NCBI GenBank assembly: GCA_054772095.1
Contig: BAAGAE010000033.1
Coordinates: forward strand, 4,064,326 to 4,128,325
Reading direction: 5' to 3'
Length of the DNA stretch: 64,000 bases
Source: Chamberlinius hualienensis
Lineage: Eukaryota
Shown here: positions 1 to 12,736 of the stretch, one piece after another
How the letters are laid out: each line of letters starts with the position of its first letter
Position numbering within the stretch: position 1 is the first letter of the stretch
Notes under the pieces: generated by a model
What the model was told of the DNA's origin: nothing
The model's database searches: none
Seen by the model: the letters and a program-made list of their open reading frames with translations, nothing else
Made by a program: the position numbers and the translations under genes

Positions 1-117
1 CTTTGTCATACAATCTTTTTCTGGGAAAACAAACATACCAGGCGGTGGTTCGCTATACATACTCATGAGATCTCTATAGTTTTCGTTAGTACATTTGACC
101 GAGTTATTATCATTTAA

Positions 118-306
118 TTACACTATATGGTCATAAATCGAATACCTTTTTATTCTCAATAAGCTAGAAGGTGGAGGAGGCTGTTTATCCCACTCGATTG
201 AATTTGTTGGATCCCATGTATCTGATAATGGTCTATACTCAGCCAGCTTCTGGCTCAGTTTAAAATGGATTTTCTCCTTAGACTTTTTATCCCCACCTTC
301 AGCCAT
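118..306 (-). CDS. First coding exon of an unidentified small protein (MAEGGDKKSKEKIHFKLSQKLAEYRPLSDTWDPTNSIEWDKQPPPPSSLLRIK...). There is a possible donor AAAAAG|GTATTC near position 150. The gene continues beyond the window start, or ends at the stop at 118.
   Basis: The ORF begins with ATG and its composition is less AT-rich than the flanking sequence. I could not assign it to a protein family. Confidence 0.3.
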   Translation of the reverse strand: MAEGGDKKSKEKIHFKLSQKLAEYRPLSDTWDPTNSIEWDKQPPPPSSLLRIKRYSIYDHIV

Positions 307-3300
307 TTCTTAACACTCGCATAAATAAAGCCACTACAGTTGTTTATATAAAATTCAGTTCTTAGCACTCAAATGCTCGTCTACAACTAAATGAAGAAGA
401 TTAATCGTCAACCACGTTGCTACAATAAAGGAATCAAAGCAAAGTAGAAGTCAAGGAATATATACAGTATAGTAAATATTATATAATACAGTAGTAATGA
501 GTATAATATAACGAGTAGTAGTAAGTAATGTCAAGCTCTGTATTGTGAAGTTCTCAATAGAGAGCGCTAGTTGTTAATCTCGGTCAAGCAAGAGGGGGAG
601 CTGCTTGGAGAAGAAAAGTTGGATCACATCCTCTCGGAGTCGTAGCTTGTTGAATGATTGATTTAGATCTGATAAGTAAATTTACGGGGTCACACACTCT
701 GTACAGCTGGTGGAATATGATTTATCTTTTTTCTGAAAATATCTTAAACTATATGCCACTTATAAATGCTGTACAGTGTACAACATTAGTTCCTGAATCA
801 TACACTTTTAGAGCATAATCATTTCAACATTTTTATGTACACTTTGACATACAGTTTATTGAAAACAGGCGTCAGTCGTGTGACTTTACATATTTGTATT
901 TTTTTGTAGAAATACCAATTTAACATACTGTATCTCACATGGGTATGGTTGCCCAGGACCCCTGGTTTAGTAGCCTTAGTTAAGGTGGTACCAAATCCTT
1001 ATACGAAACATGACGGTTATACATTAAAGTTTTCGCAAAATTGTTGGTTAACATAAACATGTAGCGAGTTATAACTTATAAATCAGCATGTTAGATTGTA
1101 AGATCATTTTTTTAGCTACTTTTTAGTGAAATATTTGTTGTGTATACATTTGTTGAAATGGCTGAGGACCATAAATAAAAAGTTAATTTTTTTTGTTTGA
1201 CAATTGACCAGCCATGCGCCACTAATATTCGTTATTCGACCATGTTTGAGACTGCCAGACACACTTAAATAATTACTAAAAACGATGATTTAGAGGTTCT
1301 AACTTGTAATTCGCCCCTTGTGTTTACGATTTACTTTACGTCATTGTAGTGTAGTTTATTGTTTAACCTATTCGTCAAATTTACCGATACGTTCATTTTA
1401 TCTGACGTTGCCTGTAAACATATCTGACCCGTTTATCTGTCTAACGAAAAATTTGATTATCCTATATGGCTATAAAGTCGATAGCAACAAAAATAATATA
1501 AAGTGCGGAGTAACTGATTTGGTGACTATCGAATTGGTTGTCAATCGAACAACATTACAAATGTACTGTATATGCAGGTTAATGTAAAAGTTACTCAAGG
1601 ATAATATCGAGGCAGTATTTTATTCCAGCAATATTTGTCATAAAAATCACGTCAATCTAAATACCAATAACGAAATAGCAAACATTCGTATGTCATATAA
1701 GTCACAGTTGATTTTTTCCTATTTAATTTTTTTATTATTATTTATTTATTCATCTTAATATGACATGTTGTTATCTGTGAAGGATAGTAAAATACAAACT
1801 AAGATTGGAAAAGTATTACCCTGAAAAATACATTTCTAGATTTAAAGTATATACAGTAGAGTAAATATTTTCTATATAACAAACAAATGTATAATGCCTT
1901 AATTGTGAAAGGGTATATGATACCGATAGATAACAGTCAATCCATTTCGGATAATAGTCTAGGTTAAAAAGTCAAAGTTAGCTTCTTATATTAAAAATGC
2001 ATTATATTTAGGGTAGTTTTAATTGAATTGTGTAAGCTATCGTTCAACATATCATTTAGCTTTGTCAGTATCTGTGACGTAATTATTAATGTTTCAAAAT
2101 TAAAATTGTCAGGTTGGAGTATGCGATACCAACAGATAAATCAACAGACACCACCTGGCACACTGGTGAATACGCGCCGACAACTTGGAAATTATCGCCG
2201 ATTTAAACCGCAGATAGAGATTATTAAATAAATAAATTTGCGGACGTAGACGTCATTTTTTTTTCCTAGTATGCGCAAATCCCAGTTAGAGTCAGTAATT
2301 CTCTCCTGCCGGTGTTACTTTTAATTCCAGGTAACTTGTGCGCTGATATATATTATATTAATAGGATACAAGAACATTATTCGCCGGTTGTTGTAATTAG
2401 ATGGTTTATTATCAGTCATGAAGATAAAAGATTGGCACCAAATAACAATTTCAATTTGATCGCTTTCTTTTGTTTGTCACTGATAGTCATCGAAGATCTT
2501 TATTTGTCGAACAAGTTGAAGGCTTTTTTTTCCCTCCTCTTGTGTGGTTGAAAACAACAATCAATTTTTTTTTGTTATTTTAGCACGGATTAATTTAACT
2601 CACGTTGATAAACCGTGTGCAACGAAATTAATTAATGTTTTTAATGGACTGGTCGTAGTCAGGAATATTCGACTGGCCTCAACTGGGCTGATAGAATGGA
2701 TACACATTTAAGGAGTTTTTCGTTATGCTTAGGACAATTGTTTATTTGGATATATGCAGGATTATTTATGCACCAGCTACCAGTTGCAAATGCACAAGTC
2801 AAGATATTCATAATAGAGCGAAATTCGACAGATGGTAAGAAATCATATTATTATTACCCGATTTTTGAAATTGGACATGATGAACTTTCAAACAAACCAA
2901 CAGCATTGGGCGTAATATTCTAACATTTATCACAAAATAATTTGGTCTTTTTTAGCTTTTTATTTTATAACGAAAACATTACCAGCGGTTAAAAGTCACC
3001 GTTTTATGCACAGATATAGGTGAAAATATACTGTAAATATATCAATTGATATCATTATTAAGGCAAAACTTAGTGGATATAAATTAGTAGTAAATTGAAG
3101 GATTATGAAGTCTATTTTTCTGTTGTCTCTAATACATCTGAATACGTAAATATTTATTTTGAACGATTTGTTCGCTTAATTTATCATCTTACTCAATTCC
3201 TGTAACTTTAGTTTTTATTGTAAATAGAAAAAAAATCATTTAGTCCATATTTACGATTTAGTTTTGAATATTGATATAAAAAAACGACCATTAAATAAAT

Positions 3301-3655
3301 GATGGGTGTATTTAGCAGTAAATCATCGATACTGTATGTAGGAGTACCTTTACTGATAATCAGTTTTTCAACAATTTAGCAACGGAATGTTTAAGCTATT
3401 GCTTCATAAGTTATATATGATGTGTTATAAAATTAGATGACATTTTCTGCGAATTATCTTTGGTTGTTGATTAGTCATCAGTTGTAATTTCAATATTGAT
3501 CAGATTTTTTTAATATAGATAATACTCTTTTATGGAGTCACTCAAGCAGCTTATCGATAGCCAATATAATATCATGCATTAAAATTAACGAAAGAATATA
3601 GCGGAGTTGTATTCTTTCGCCAAGTCTAAATTGTTCGAAGTCATGTAACATATAA

Positions 3656-3681
3656 AAAAAAAAAAAAAAAATTCTAAAATG
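3656..3681. repeat. poly(A) tract of about 26 nt
   Basis: Homopolymer run visible in the sequence. Confidence 0.9.
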
Positions 3682-5363
3682 ATATTTTAGATTGTAATTA
3701 CTTTCAATGTTGAAAATAACCATTTTTATTGACTTAATAATAAAGATAAAGGCGATTAATAGCAATTTTTTCGTATTTGTCCGTTGCTACTAGTCCTCGC
3801 TATCACGTGACATGTAAATACACATTTTACTGCATGCGTAATCGTGGTAACGCTTAAGTTAAACGCGAATGAGTCGCGTTTCGACTCAATCTTTTAGAAT
3901 CTAACGCATACTCAAAACCTACTCCTCCCTTTTTTTCAGAATCTTACTTTGCGTAAGTATTTTTCCCTTTTCAAGGTGTATATAATTTGTATTCTAAGTT
4001 ATATTTGACCGGAATTTAATTGCGTTTTTAAATGCAACATACTTTTTAAATACCGGTATTAAGTTGTAATATTATCATGATCATTATTGTTTACAAATGC
4101 ATAGTATGTGACCTGTGCAAATCGACATTGAACTTCGATTACCGGATAAAAGTTGCGACAGAGGTCAGTTGCTTGTTAGTGTCGGACTAATTAGCTGAGA
4201 ACAATATTTGGGAAAATGATTAATAATAAATGACGCTAGACGTCTTTCGTAAACTAACACATTACATTGACACACATAAACACAACGTCACGAACATAAA
4301 CAATCGTAATTATGCTCTGAAAAATAGTTCGCTTAAAGTAATTTTAGTTGTGATTTTGCTGATACTTAATACTTTACATACAAATTTTAATTTGTTAAGG
4401 ATACGATTCATAATGGTTGTTTATTTTTATTTGTCTTTTTTTTTTAAACCAAATTATGCCATATTTAATCAGACAATATTCTGACAGTGTGAGATTTATT
4501 TAAATTTACATTTAGCTATCATGATGGAAAATGTAATTGAAATTATATAAGTGTGATTTGTCATATTTATGGTTGGAGGAAGGGCGTACTGATTTGATAA
4601 TACGATTTTCTGTTGTTTATTTTACTATCATATTCTTTTTATCAATAATAACAAAGGCTTTAGTGATCGAATTATCGCCTTTAGTGCGTAATAAGTCCAG
4701 CTCTATGTGGTGTTGTCTCGACAACGTTTAAACATTGGAGCTCAATGAAACGAGTGCATTTACAATTCGATCTTGATAAATAAGGATGAAATATCCACCA
4801 ATTTTGGACCGGATATGGTTACATTATCAATACATTCAAGGTTGTAATGTCGTAACTTGGAACATGTTAATTGTAGCATTCTAGGATGAGTATTTTAACG
4901 TAGCATCATAATTCACTTCTTAGAACAGTCGATATTCGATTTATTATTACAGCTAATTAGCCATTATCAATATTTATTTCTTTAACAACTTTGTTTATAT
5001 TGTGGTTTTCCCCCCGTGATGCATCCGCATATTATTCAATTATAAATTCCGTATCAGTCAAATTAATCACATTTGCCGCGAAATTATTAGTCCCAGATGT
5101 TAGTAGTGGTATTAAGTGCATTACGGAAAACATTGTAATAATCTACTATGTAAATTAGTTATTGGTAGTTTATTTGAATGATATTAAATTTGGTTGCGGA
5201 AATTTTTATGGGGTAATTTCATTGAGAAATTGAATTTTACCATGCAAGAAAATAATGTTGTTGGTTTTAAAATTTAATGCATGTCATTATTATGCATTTA
5301 GATCACCGTTTGTGCTATGTCTAATTTGCCATTGATGTTTCAAATGTAGGTGACGTATTTCAG

Positions 5364-6855
5364 TTTAACGGCGACAATAATAATCTTGTGGAAAATGTGT
5401 GCAATGCAAACAGCACTTACTGCCAAATCTATGGTCCAGACTGTAAATGCGCTGAAGAAGATGGAAACTATCATTGTATTTGTCCTTCAGGTAAATTATT
5501 TGAATCTTAGCCAACTTCAACACTTTCCAAAATTTTAATGATGAAATGTTGTAGTCGTCTTCTAGTACGTAGAAAGCGATAGTAGTTGTTTGCTTTTTTT
5601 TAATATTTTATGAACCTTGAATCAGAATTTAACTTCTATGAAACGATTGGGTTTAGTAATAAGAGCTACGGTATACGTTGCTTTTATTTTTTTTAAATTA
5701 TAATGTTAACACTTGCAAATTGAATTTATACAAAAAAGTATCAACAATGAATCTAAAACTGTATTGGAAACATCTACTTTTAGCTCTTGACTATACGTTA
5801 CGACTAGCTGCTGGAATCGCAATAATTTTATTAGTTGGGGTATCTATTATGCTGGCCTTCAGTTTATACAGGTAATTTTTTGTTTTATATTATCATGTAT
5901 TTCATTATGGCGTGGTGTGCGCATTTTGATTAAAATATTAACATTATTACTACATCGTTCGCGACACACGGCGTCACATAAAATACCTTCATTTAAATGT
6001 AAATTTACCAAATAAAAAGTGTCACAAATAGTTAATTTCAATGTCATTTGATTAATTGTAGAAGAGCTATGATAATGCGGAGAAGTAATCGATCCGGAAG
6101 ATCCGACAGTGTTTGCTCAGACAGTACAACAGATTCCGATTCACCACCATCATACGAAATCACGATAATAAGTTCGCAAAATATGGAAAACTCTGACTCA
6201 GAGAAGTTACCTACTTACGACGAAGCTTTAGAATATTTAAAACATGTTGCTTCAACCAACAATTCAAATGTATTAGTGGTAAGTTGAAATAGATGGCTTA
6301 TAGTAACATTTTCAAGTACGTAGATTATAATAAATCTGCTCATACTGTATGTTCATTTTTAAACTTGCCATCAAGCTGGCAAAACTTCAAATAAACTACC
6401 AAATTCCAATTTAGAATGTTTTAAATGGCAAGTGACAGTGTTTTAAAATTTAAATCAATACTTAAAAATTTTGATTGTTTTTGATGTATAAATATGTTTT
6501 TTTATTTAAATTTTGATCAAATTAATATAATTATTGGATTCAGTTGTCTAAAAACCGTTTGTGTGACGTATGTGTGAGCAAACTACAGTATGGCGTCGCA
6601 CGTATACGTCACATACAGACGAAAACAGTTTGTGTGATCGAAAGTTTGCTTCGTTCATTTACAGTATATGTAATTGTGCGGGTTTTTTTTGTTTTAAAGT
6701 TAGACCCTGAAATATTTGTGAATAGTCCGTCTGATTCATCGTCCAAAGGCAATTGTTCTACTCCAGAACCTCCGCCACCAGCTTATGATTGTGCCACCGG
6801 TAGATTAGAAGAATCTGTGTCACCGAACGAACAACAGTCTTTCGAAAGAGTATGA
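5364..6855 (+). CDS. 3' part of a gene for a type-I membrane protein with an EGF-like domain. Exons are approximately 5364-5490 (EGF: CNANSTYCQIYGPDCKCAEEDGNYHCICPSG), 5784-5871 (transmembrane helix LAAGIAIILLVGVSIMLAFSLY), 6062-6278 (cytoplasmic, containing PPSY) and 6700-6855 (containing PPPAY, then the stop). Upstream exons were not identified.
   Basis: The cysteine spacing is C-x6-C-x6-C-x-C-x8-C with an aromatic residue two positions before the last Cys, matching EGF cysteines C2 to C6. Splice junctions are canonical and in phase (tatttcag|, CAG|GTAAAT, TACAG|GTAATT, GTG|GTAAGT, ttttaaag|). A hydrophobic 22-residue stretch is followed by basic residues. Two PPxY motifs in the tail are candidate WW-domain ligands. 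Confidence 0.6.
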
Positions 6856-9342
6856 CGGTATGGTTCTAAAAGTCCTCTATTTTACATGAGAAATTTCTAT
6901 TAAACATTTTAAAATTATAATTTAAGCATTAGTACACGTACTTAATGATAGAAGTAGTTATATACTGTACATCAGCCTTCAGGCATACCGTTAATTTCGC
7001 GAGTGCAGTGGCGAGAATATTGTGGAGATTATTATATGCCATCATATCACACTCCATTGAAGCGATGGGGTTGTTGACTCGGTAACCCATGAACGACCAT
7101 CAAGCTAGCTGCTGAATAAGACAAACGGGCTATTTCAATTCGGTCACGTTTAGTACTGATTCTGATTAGCTATTCAACAGCCTTAAACATTTTACGTGGT
7201 TCACACGATTGGAGAAACTCACATTGAGACTTCATGCAGTCGGTCTATTGTGCATTGCTATAATCGCTTTCGTTGAACGCTCGTATTTGCGACTTTGTAG
7301 TACTCGTATAACTGACTGCGCAACTCTCTATAAATCATTTTCAGACTTTTATCTGTCTGCAGTGCCTATGTAAAAAGTTACCAACTATTCGGGTGTTGTC
7401 GTAAATACAATATTAAATTAGTTATTTTTTTAAATGTAATAAACGTTTATTTGACCTTAACGAGAAAAAAAAAGACACCATTGACAAAGTACGAGGGAAT
7501 TACAAGTAATCGTAATCAGATTGAAATAGATAAAACATCGAAATGATTGTAAACATCTGAGCTTTTTTTATTGTTGGAAATCACAACAATATTTTTTAAA
7601 TCATGGAATCATTAATACCAATTAACAACGAATTATATAAAGAGAACATTTTACAGTAGGTCAAACTTATCTTTGACTTGTAAACTCTTTACAATTAGTT
7701 AAAATATTGCAAATAGTTATAGATATGTGTCATAACTAACATTTACCCCATCACCATTTATATAATTATAAAAATTGGTAGCGATACATTAACTCTGAAC
7801 TTGAATGTGAATCATATTCGAGAGGTTGATGATAATCGCCAGCTATTGTAAAGTCATTATAGATAATGAAAATAGCATTTGATTTCTATCTAAACTAGTA
7901 AAGTGCTATCAATCGATACTTCATATAATACGGTATATGTGTACGTACATGTACATTACATCGTTTCTACAAATATATAGTTGAAGAATACATTTTTAAA
8001 CGCATTTGAAAAACATGGAATTAATAATAAGTGTTAGAAATTCAAATCTGAATATAACAATGTATTATAGATGGTGATTACTGACCAAATTGCCAAATTT
8101 AAGGGATATATAGAGGTGTAAAATTTGTGTAAATTTATCATAAAAAACCATGGCTACAAAGGGTATTTAGAAATTCTACAGACCTTTGACAATTCGGGAT
8201 ATCCAAAGGTAATTGCAAGTTATAAGTATTAATTGGTTTTTCATGTTTCAATTTATAAACAACTTGTTTAACGTCGAATATTCTATTATATTATTGCAAA
8301 AATGTTTTTTTTTAGCAGTGTCAATGTTCTAAACATCTGTGTTAAAAGCTGTAGCTCTTCTGAGTACCATCGTTGATCATGGATTCCTACATCAAGTTTG
8401 CTCTATTTTGACACCGATGTATGCCTTTTAAATTTGACATCTTGGTCATGAATCACCCTGTATTTTGGTTAAAACAACATAAAGAAAAACAAAATTTTTT
8501 TTTCGAATTAAAAAGTGATTTTACGATTAATTATAGTACCTCCACTTAACAGTCATTTGGAAAGTGATAAAAGAGTTCTCAATTATTTGAAATTATTACT
8601 ATGACAGTGCATAAGGTATAAGGTGCATTAAAAAGTGACAGACATAACTGACATAATAAATATATTCTATTAAAACTTTTTCACGAATATCTTTAACTAT
8701 AGAAAACCGTTGTTTTCGTTTGACTGCATCCTGCATTTGTCAGTGCCACAAAATTACTTCACAAATGTAACCCATTGATTTTTTTCTGGGCTGTAGCATG
8801 CATTTGGAGTTGATAATGAAGCTTTTATTTACCCAGTAACTTGAACATCATGCACATTGCACACCATACAATGCAACTTATTAATTAATCAAATGAGAAA
8901 CGATAAACAATTGGTTAATAAGGGCTTTATAATATTAATTAATATAAGACACGCGATGGATCATTTGATATAATTAATTATAGGCCGTGGCAATTAGTTA
9001 TAGAGCGAATTGTGCATATTTAGTGAAAAGCCAAAAAAAGAAAGAAAAGAAAAGGAAAAAAAAAAAGATAGAAAAAGTAATCATAAGCAAGCAATAGTCA
9101 ATTAGAATGATTTATTTTTATTGAGTTGGCAATCGTTATTGACGTCATCTTTGTAACGTCGTTTGTTAATAACTAGCCCCTTCCATTCATTTCAGTCGAA
9201 ATTTCTGAATCAATTATTATGTAGTACAGTAGTAACGACGATTGACAGCGCCATTTTTCTCCAAGGTCTATTTGCGGCCACGCCGAAAGGAGGAAGAGTC
9301 GTCAAATTGAGGCGCCATTACTTTTGTTGTTGGTTTGGCATA

Positions 9343-11754
9343 TTAATCAAAAGATATTCTTCCAAAAATAAAATTTCCCAGATCTGCAGGATTCTCAGAA
9401 GAGAAATATTGACTCCACAGATTAGAAAATACTTCTTTTGTTATTTTAACCGAATTATTCTAGCAAAAAAAAAAAAAAAAAACAATAAAAAAATCAATTT
9501 TTTTTTAATAAACACAGCGCAATTGGAGTAAATTGAATTACTTTAGAAAACTTTTGGTAGGCTTGTCTTAGTTCATTTTCATCCAAATTGAAGTTTTTGT
9601 ATACTTTGACAAATTCTTCCTCGTCAATTTCACCGTCGCCTGTAGCATTCATATACATTTTCGTTAGTTATTACCACTTAGTTGAATGCGTGATTCATCC
9701 ACTAAATTGCCTTCATCGTCAACCAAACCCACTGCAATCCTTAAAGACGCTCAAACGACATACGCAAGCATTTTACTTGGGAACAACACATGCGTTTGTG
9801 ATATTAATAGAAGGATTGGGATTGCGTCGTTACAGGCAGTGAATGTTATGTGTGTTAATTGGGTGAATTGTTGACCTTCATACCAGAATTCGTAACAAGC
9901 CGTTATTGTATTTACGCTACATTAACTATTAAGATTTACGCGCACATTTTAGGCATAATATAGATTACCGAATAAATAAAATGTTTACGTGAAGGGAATA
10001 GGTGTAGAAAAAACTGGCGTGAAACTGCTATGTACATAAAAAAAAAAACTGGTTGTCCAAAAAAAGAAAATATTGCCTAGTTTTTACCGTATGTTCACTG
10101 GCGTTGAATTTAACTGAACCAACTTCTAAGAATTAATCTTTAAGTACTGTGTTTTACCGTGCACGTAAAAACTAGTTCTTGGAAAGAATTAAGTTGTTAT
10201 TATCATCTAAGAACTGTGCACTATGATTTGCGAAGAAGTAGGATACTTTTGCAGAATTGAGACAACCAAAATTCAAGTTAATCATGAAGAGTTTTGGTGG
10301 GGGATAATGTGGTTATTACAAGTTGTAATCTGAACGACAGCTAAAGGTTTCTAAACAATTGGTCAGGTCATTCTAAATAATCGGCTTTCACTAAATTACG
10401 CATGCTCTATAGTCTATACGGAACAATATCTATTTGGTGTATTGTATGTAATTTAATCGAAGGTAATGTACGACAACAACGTGATTTTTATGATAAAATA
10501 TGCTGTACGTTATATTATTTTCTAACTTTCTGCGATTGGCTCAGTTTACTTAAAATAGAGGGTAAATGTTATTAATAACCATTTTTTTTTTGGAAATTTA
10601 AGAGTGCCAAGTTTATTCGTTATTTTGAGCCTTAGCTACAACGTTAACCCGCAGCGCGCGTAATTATGTTAACGCCTAAGGCCAATGCGATTAATTAGCG
10701 TCTCTATAACCACTCCTCCTAACGCTTATTTGCAACCTGCTCCCTATTTTCAGCATATTATATTCCACACGCCTATTCACATGAATAAATTTACCTTTTC
10801 ATTGAATTTCATTGATTTTTAAGAGTGGTACAGGGTTTTGGTTGTGACTCTAGTAGCTAATACATCGCATGTCTTTAAATTAGAAGTGGCCGTGTATCAC
10901 TTTGACAATAGCAACTTCTTAATTATCAACTTATGAGTTCATAATATTTGTACCTGATGTATCTTCCAGGTTAAACATGAATTCCATGTATTTTTGTTGC
11001 CACTCTTTGGAACTTCCATCTGTCCACATGGTGCACCATTCTTCAGCTGAGACTGATCCATCTTTATCTTTATCTGCTTTCTTCTTTAGACTTTCCCATA
11101 GTAAAAATAAGGTGTCACGGGTTTCTTTGGCTTTTGGGTCACTCTCAGTCCATTGTCTACTGCGACAGATTTTCTGTAACGATGATATACAGCATGAGTA
11201 GCATCATCATACAATTTTGTGTGTGTGTGTGTGTGTGTGATATATTGCCATTGGCAAGTATCAATCAAGTGTATCATTTTTTCATGAAACTCTTCTCTAA
11301 TGGCATAGAATGGTAAATTTTAGTTGCAATCTACTCCAATTAATCGTTATGCTGCAGCTACTATCACTTTTGTACATTTATATTGGGTTTTTTTTTGAGA
11401 TAGTTGACTGTTATTTATTTTGCTGGACTTTATATCTTTGAACAAGGGATTAAACAAAAGACCGGCATTAGAGTAAGTGTCAGTGACGACGTCGTGATTA
11501 TACCTCAATGGCTAAGTCGAAATCTTTTTCTTCGATTGTCCCACTTCGATTGAAATCTGTGTGTTGAATAAAGAAAAAAGTAAATAAAGAGGAAAAGGCC
11601 TTTTGTATGAAAGATGGTATTGTGCGGAGAGAAATTGTAAAGTGGGTTGAGGGTTGGGATGGTTGGTGGTTGAGCGGGTAAATACTTTACCAAAGATAAC
11701 ATTGAAGACATGCATCAGCTTTTTCCTTCTGAACTCAGACACTGTAGACGCCAT
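9343..11754 (-). CDS. Gene for a calexcitin / sarcoplasmic calcium-binding protein-like EF-hand protein. Five exons, approximately 11691-11754, 11494-11546, 10954-11173, 9542-9639 and 9343-9459.
   Basis: The translation is MASTVSEFRRKKLMHVFNVIF-DFNRSGTIEEKDFDLAIE-KICRSRQWTESDPKAKETRDTLFLLWESLKKKADKDKDGSVSAEEWCTMWTDGSSKEWQQKYMEFMFNLEDTS-GDGEIDEEEFVKVYKNFNLDENELRQAYQKFSK-NNSVKITKEVFSNLWSQYFSSENPADLGNFIFGRISFD*. It aligns along its whole length with calexcitin (FQRNKILRVFNTFYD..., KKICNLHSWPTDGKK..., ...LWTEYFVSNDRGAKGNHLFG), with EF-hand loops DFNRSGTIEEKD and DKDKDGSVSAEE. All introns are GT-AG and the phases agree. Confidence 0.8.
11219..11241. repeat. (GT)n dinucleotide microsatellite, about 11 units. 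It lies in intron 2 of the calexcitin-like gene.
   Basis: The run gtgtgtgtgtgtgtgtgtgtgtg is visible directly in the sequence. Confidence 0.9.
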
Positions 11755-12099
11755 TTTGATGTACCTGTAAAATACATACAGTATATCCAATTTTAAAAAC
11801 CGTTCTTAGGTTACATACAGTATACCATACACAGACTTTAATTGATTAGATTGTCGAAGTAAAGCAAAGAAAAAATACTTTTGATTTTTCGCTAAGGGAA
11901 TCTGAGTTGATGGTTTGTTAGAAAAGAAGAATCCGCTTGTAGCTTTTAGACGAAAAAGATGCAACTTCTCTGCTCTTTATATATACTTTTATCACGATAA
12001 TAAATGTAATGTACAAAAATTGAGTTCTTAATTTAGTTTTGTAAAAGATCTGTTTGATTAGTTTAATCAATTTGATAAATGTCTATTGACGCATTTACG

Positions 12100-12160
12100 C
12101 AAGTAATTGATGACGCATTTGCGTCATATTGACGCAAATTTATATCAGAAATCAAACATT
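12100..12160. promoter_or_regulatory. Cluster of four TGACGCA / TGCGTCA (ATF-C/EBP-like) half-palindromes, about 350 bp upstream of the start of the minus-strand calexcitin-like gene.
   Basis: The sequence is ttgacgcatttacgcaagtaattgatgacgcatttgcgtcatattgacgcaa. It includes a perfect inverted repeat, tgacgca-ttt-gcgtca. Confidence 0.35.
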
Positions 12161-12720
12161 TTATATCTGTTGACAATTTTAAAATTACATTCCTATTGAT
12201 CATGTCATTTCAAGTTTACCTTATATTTGTCTTGACGGTCAGAGTAATAAATGTTTTACTTTTAATTGAAAAAACCTTTAGAGCACCAAATTGCTGGAAA
12301 TCGTGTTTCCTAAGCTTCAATTAAATGTTCTTAAGAAATAATCTTCTATGATCATTCGAAGCAAGAGTGGCTTTTATGTTAATGCTTTCTTTAATCGAAC
12401 TTTTTCTTTATGTATGTACAGTATAATTTCTAAATGCCAATTGAATGCTCCATTAGATTTGATTTCTATAGCTATGCAGATTTACACATATTGATTTGCA
12501 CGAACGTTCACATTTAAAGCTATAGTCAAACTTTACATTTGTTGGATGTTTGCTTTTATTTATTTCTACCTCTGTTTTTCTCATTTGCACTTTTAACTAA
12601 TTTAATCAGTTGAAAAAATCGTGTCATGTTATTGAAATTAAGGTTGAATATTTAGTGCAACTTGGATAATTAATTACAACGTATTTACCAATTGATTGTC
12701 ATCATCCTCTCTCTCAGAGG

Positions 12721-12736
12721 CCCCCCCCCCCCCCAC
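12721..12736. repeat. poly(C) tract of about 15 nt
   Basis: ccccccccccccccc. Confidence 0.9.

Noticed and set aside
9163-9874. Plus-strand ORFs 9163-9531, 9588-9842 and 9686-9874
   Set aside because: They overlap minus-strand calexcitin-like exons 4 and 5 and the intervening intron. Their own translations are low-complexity.
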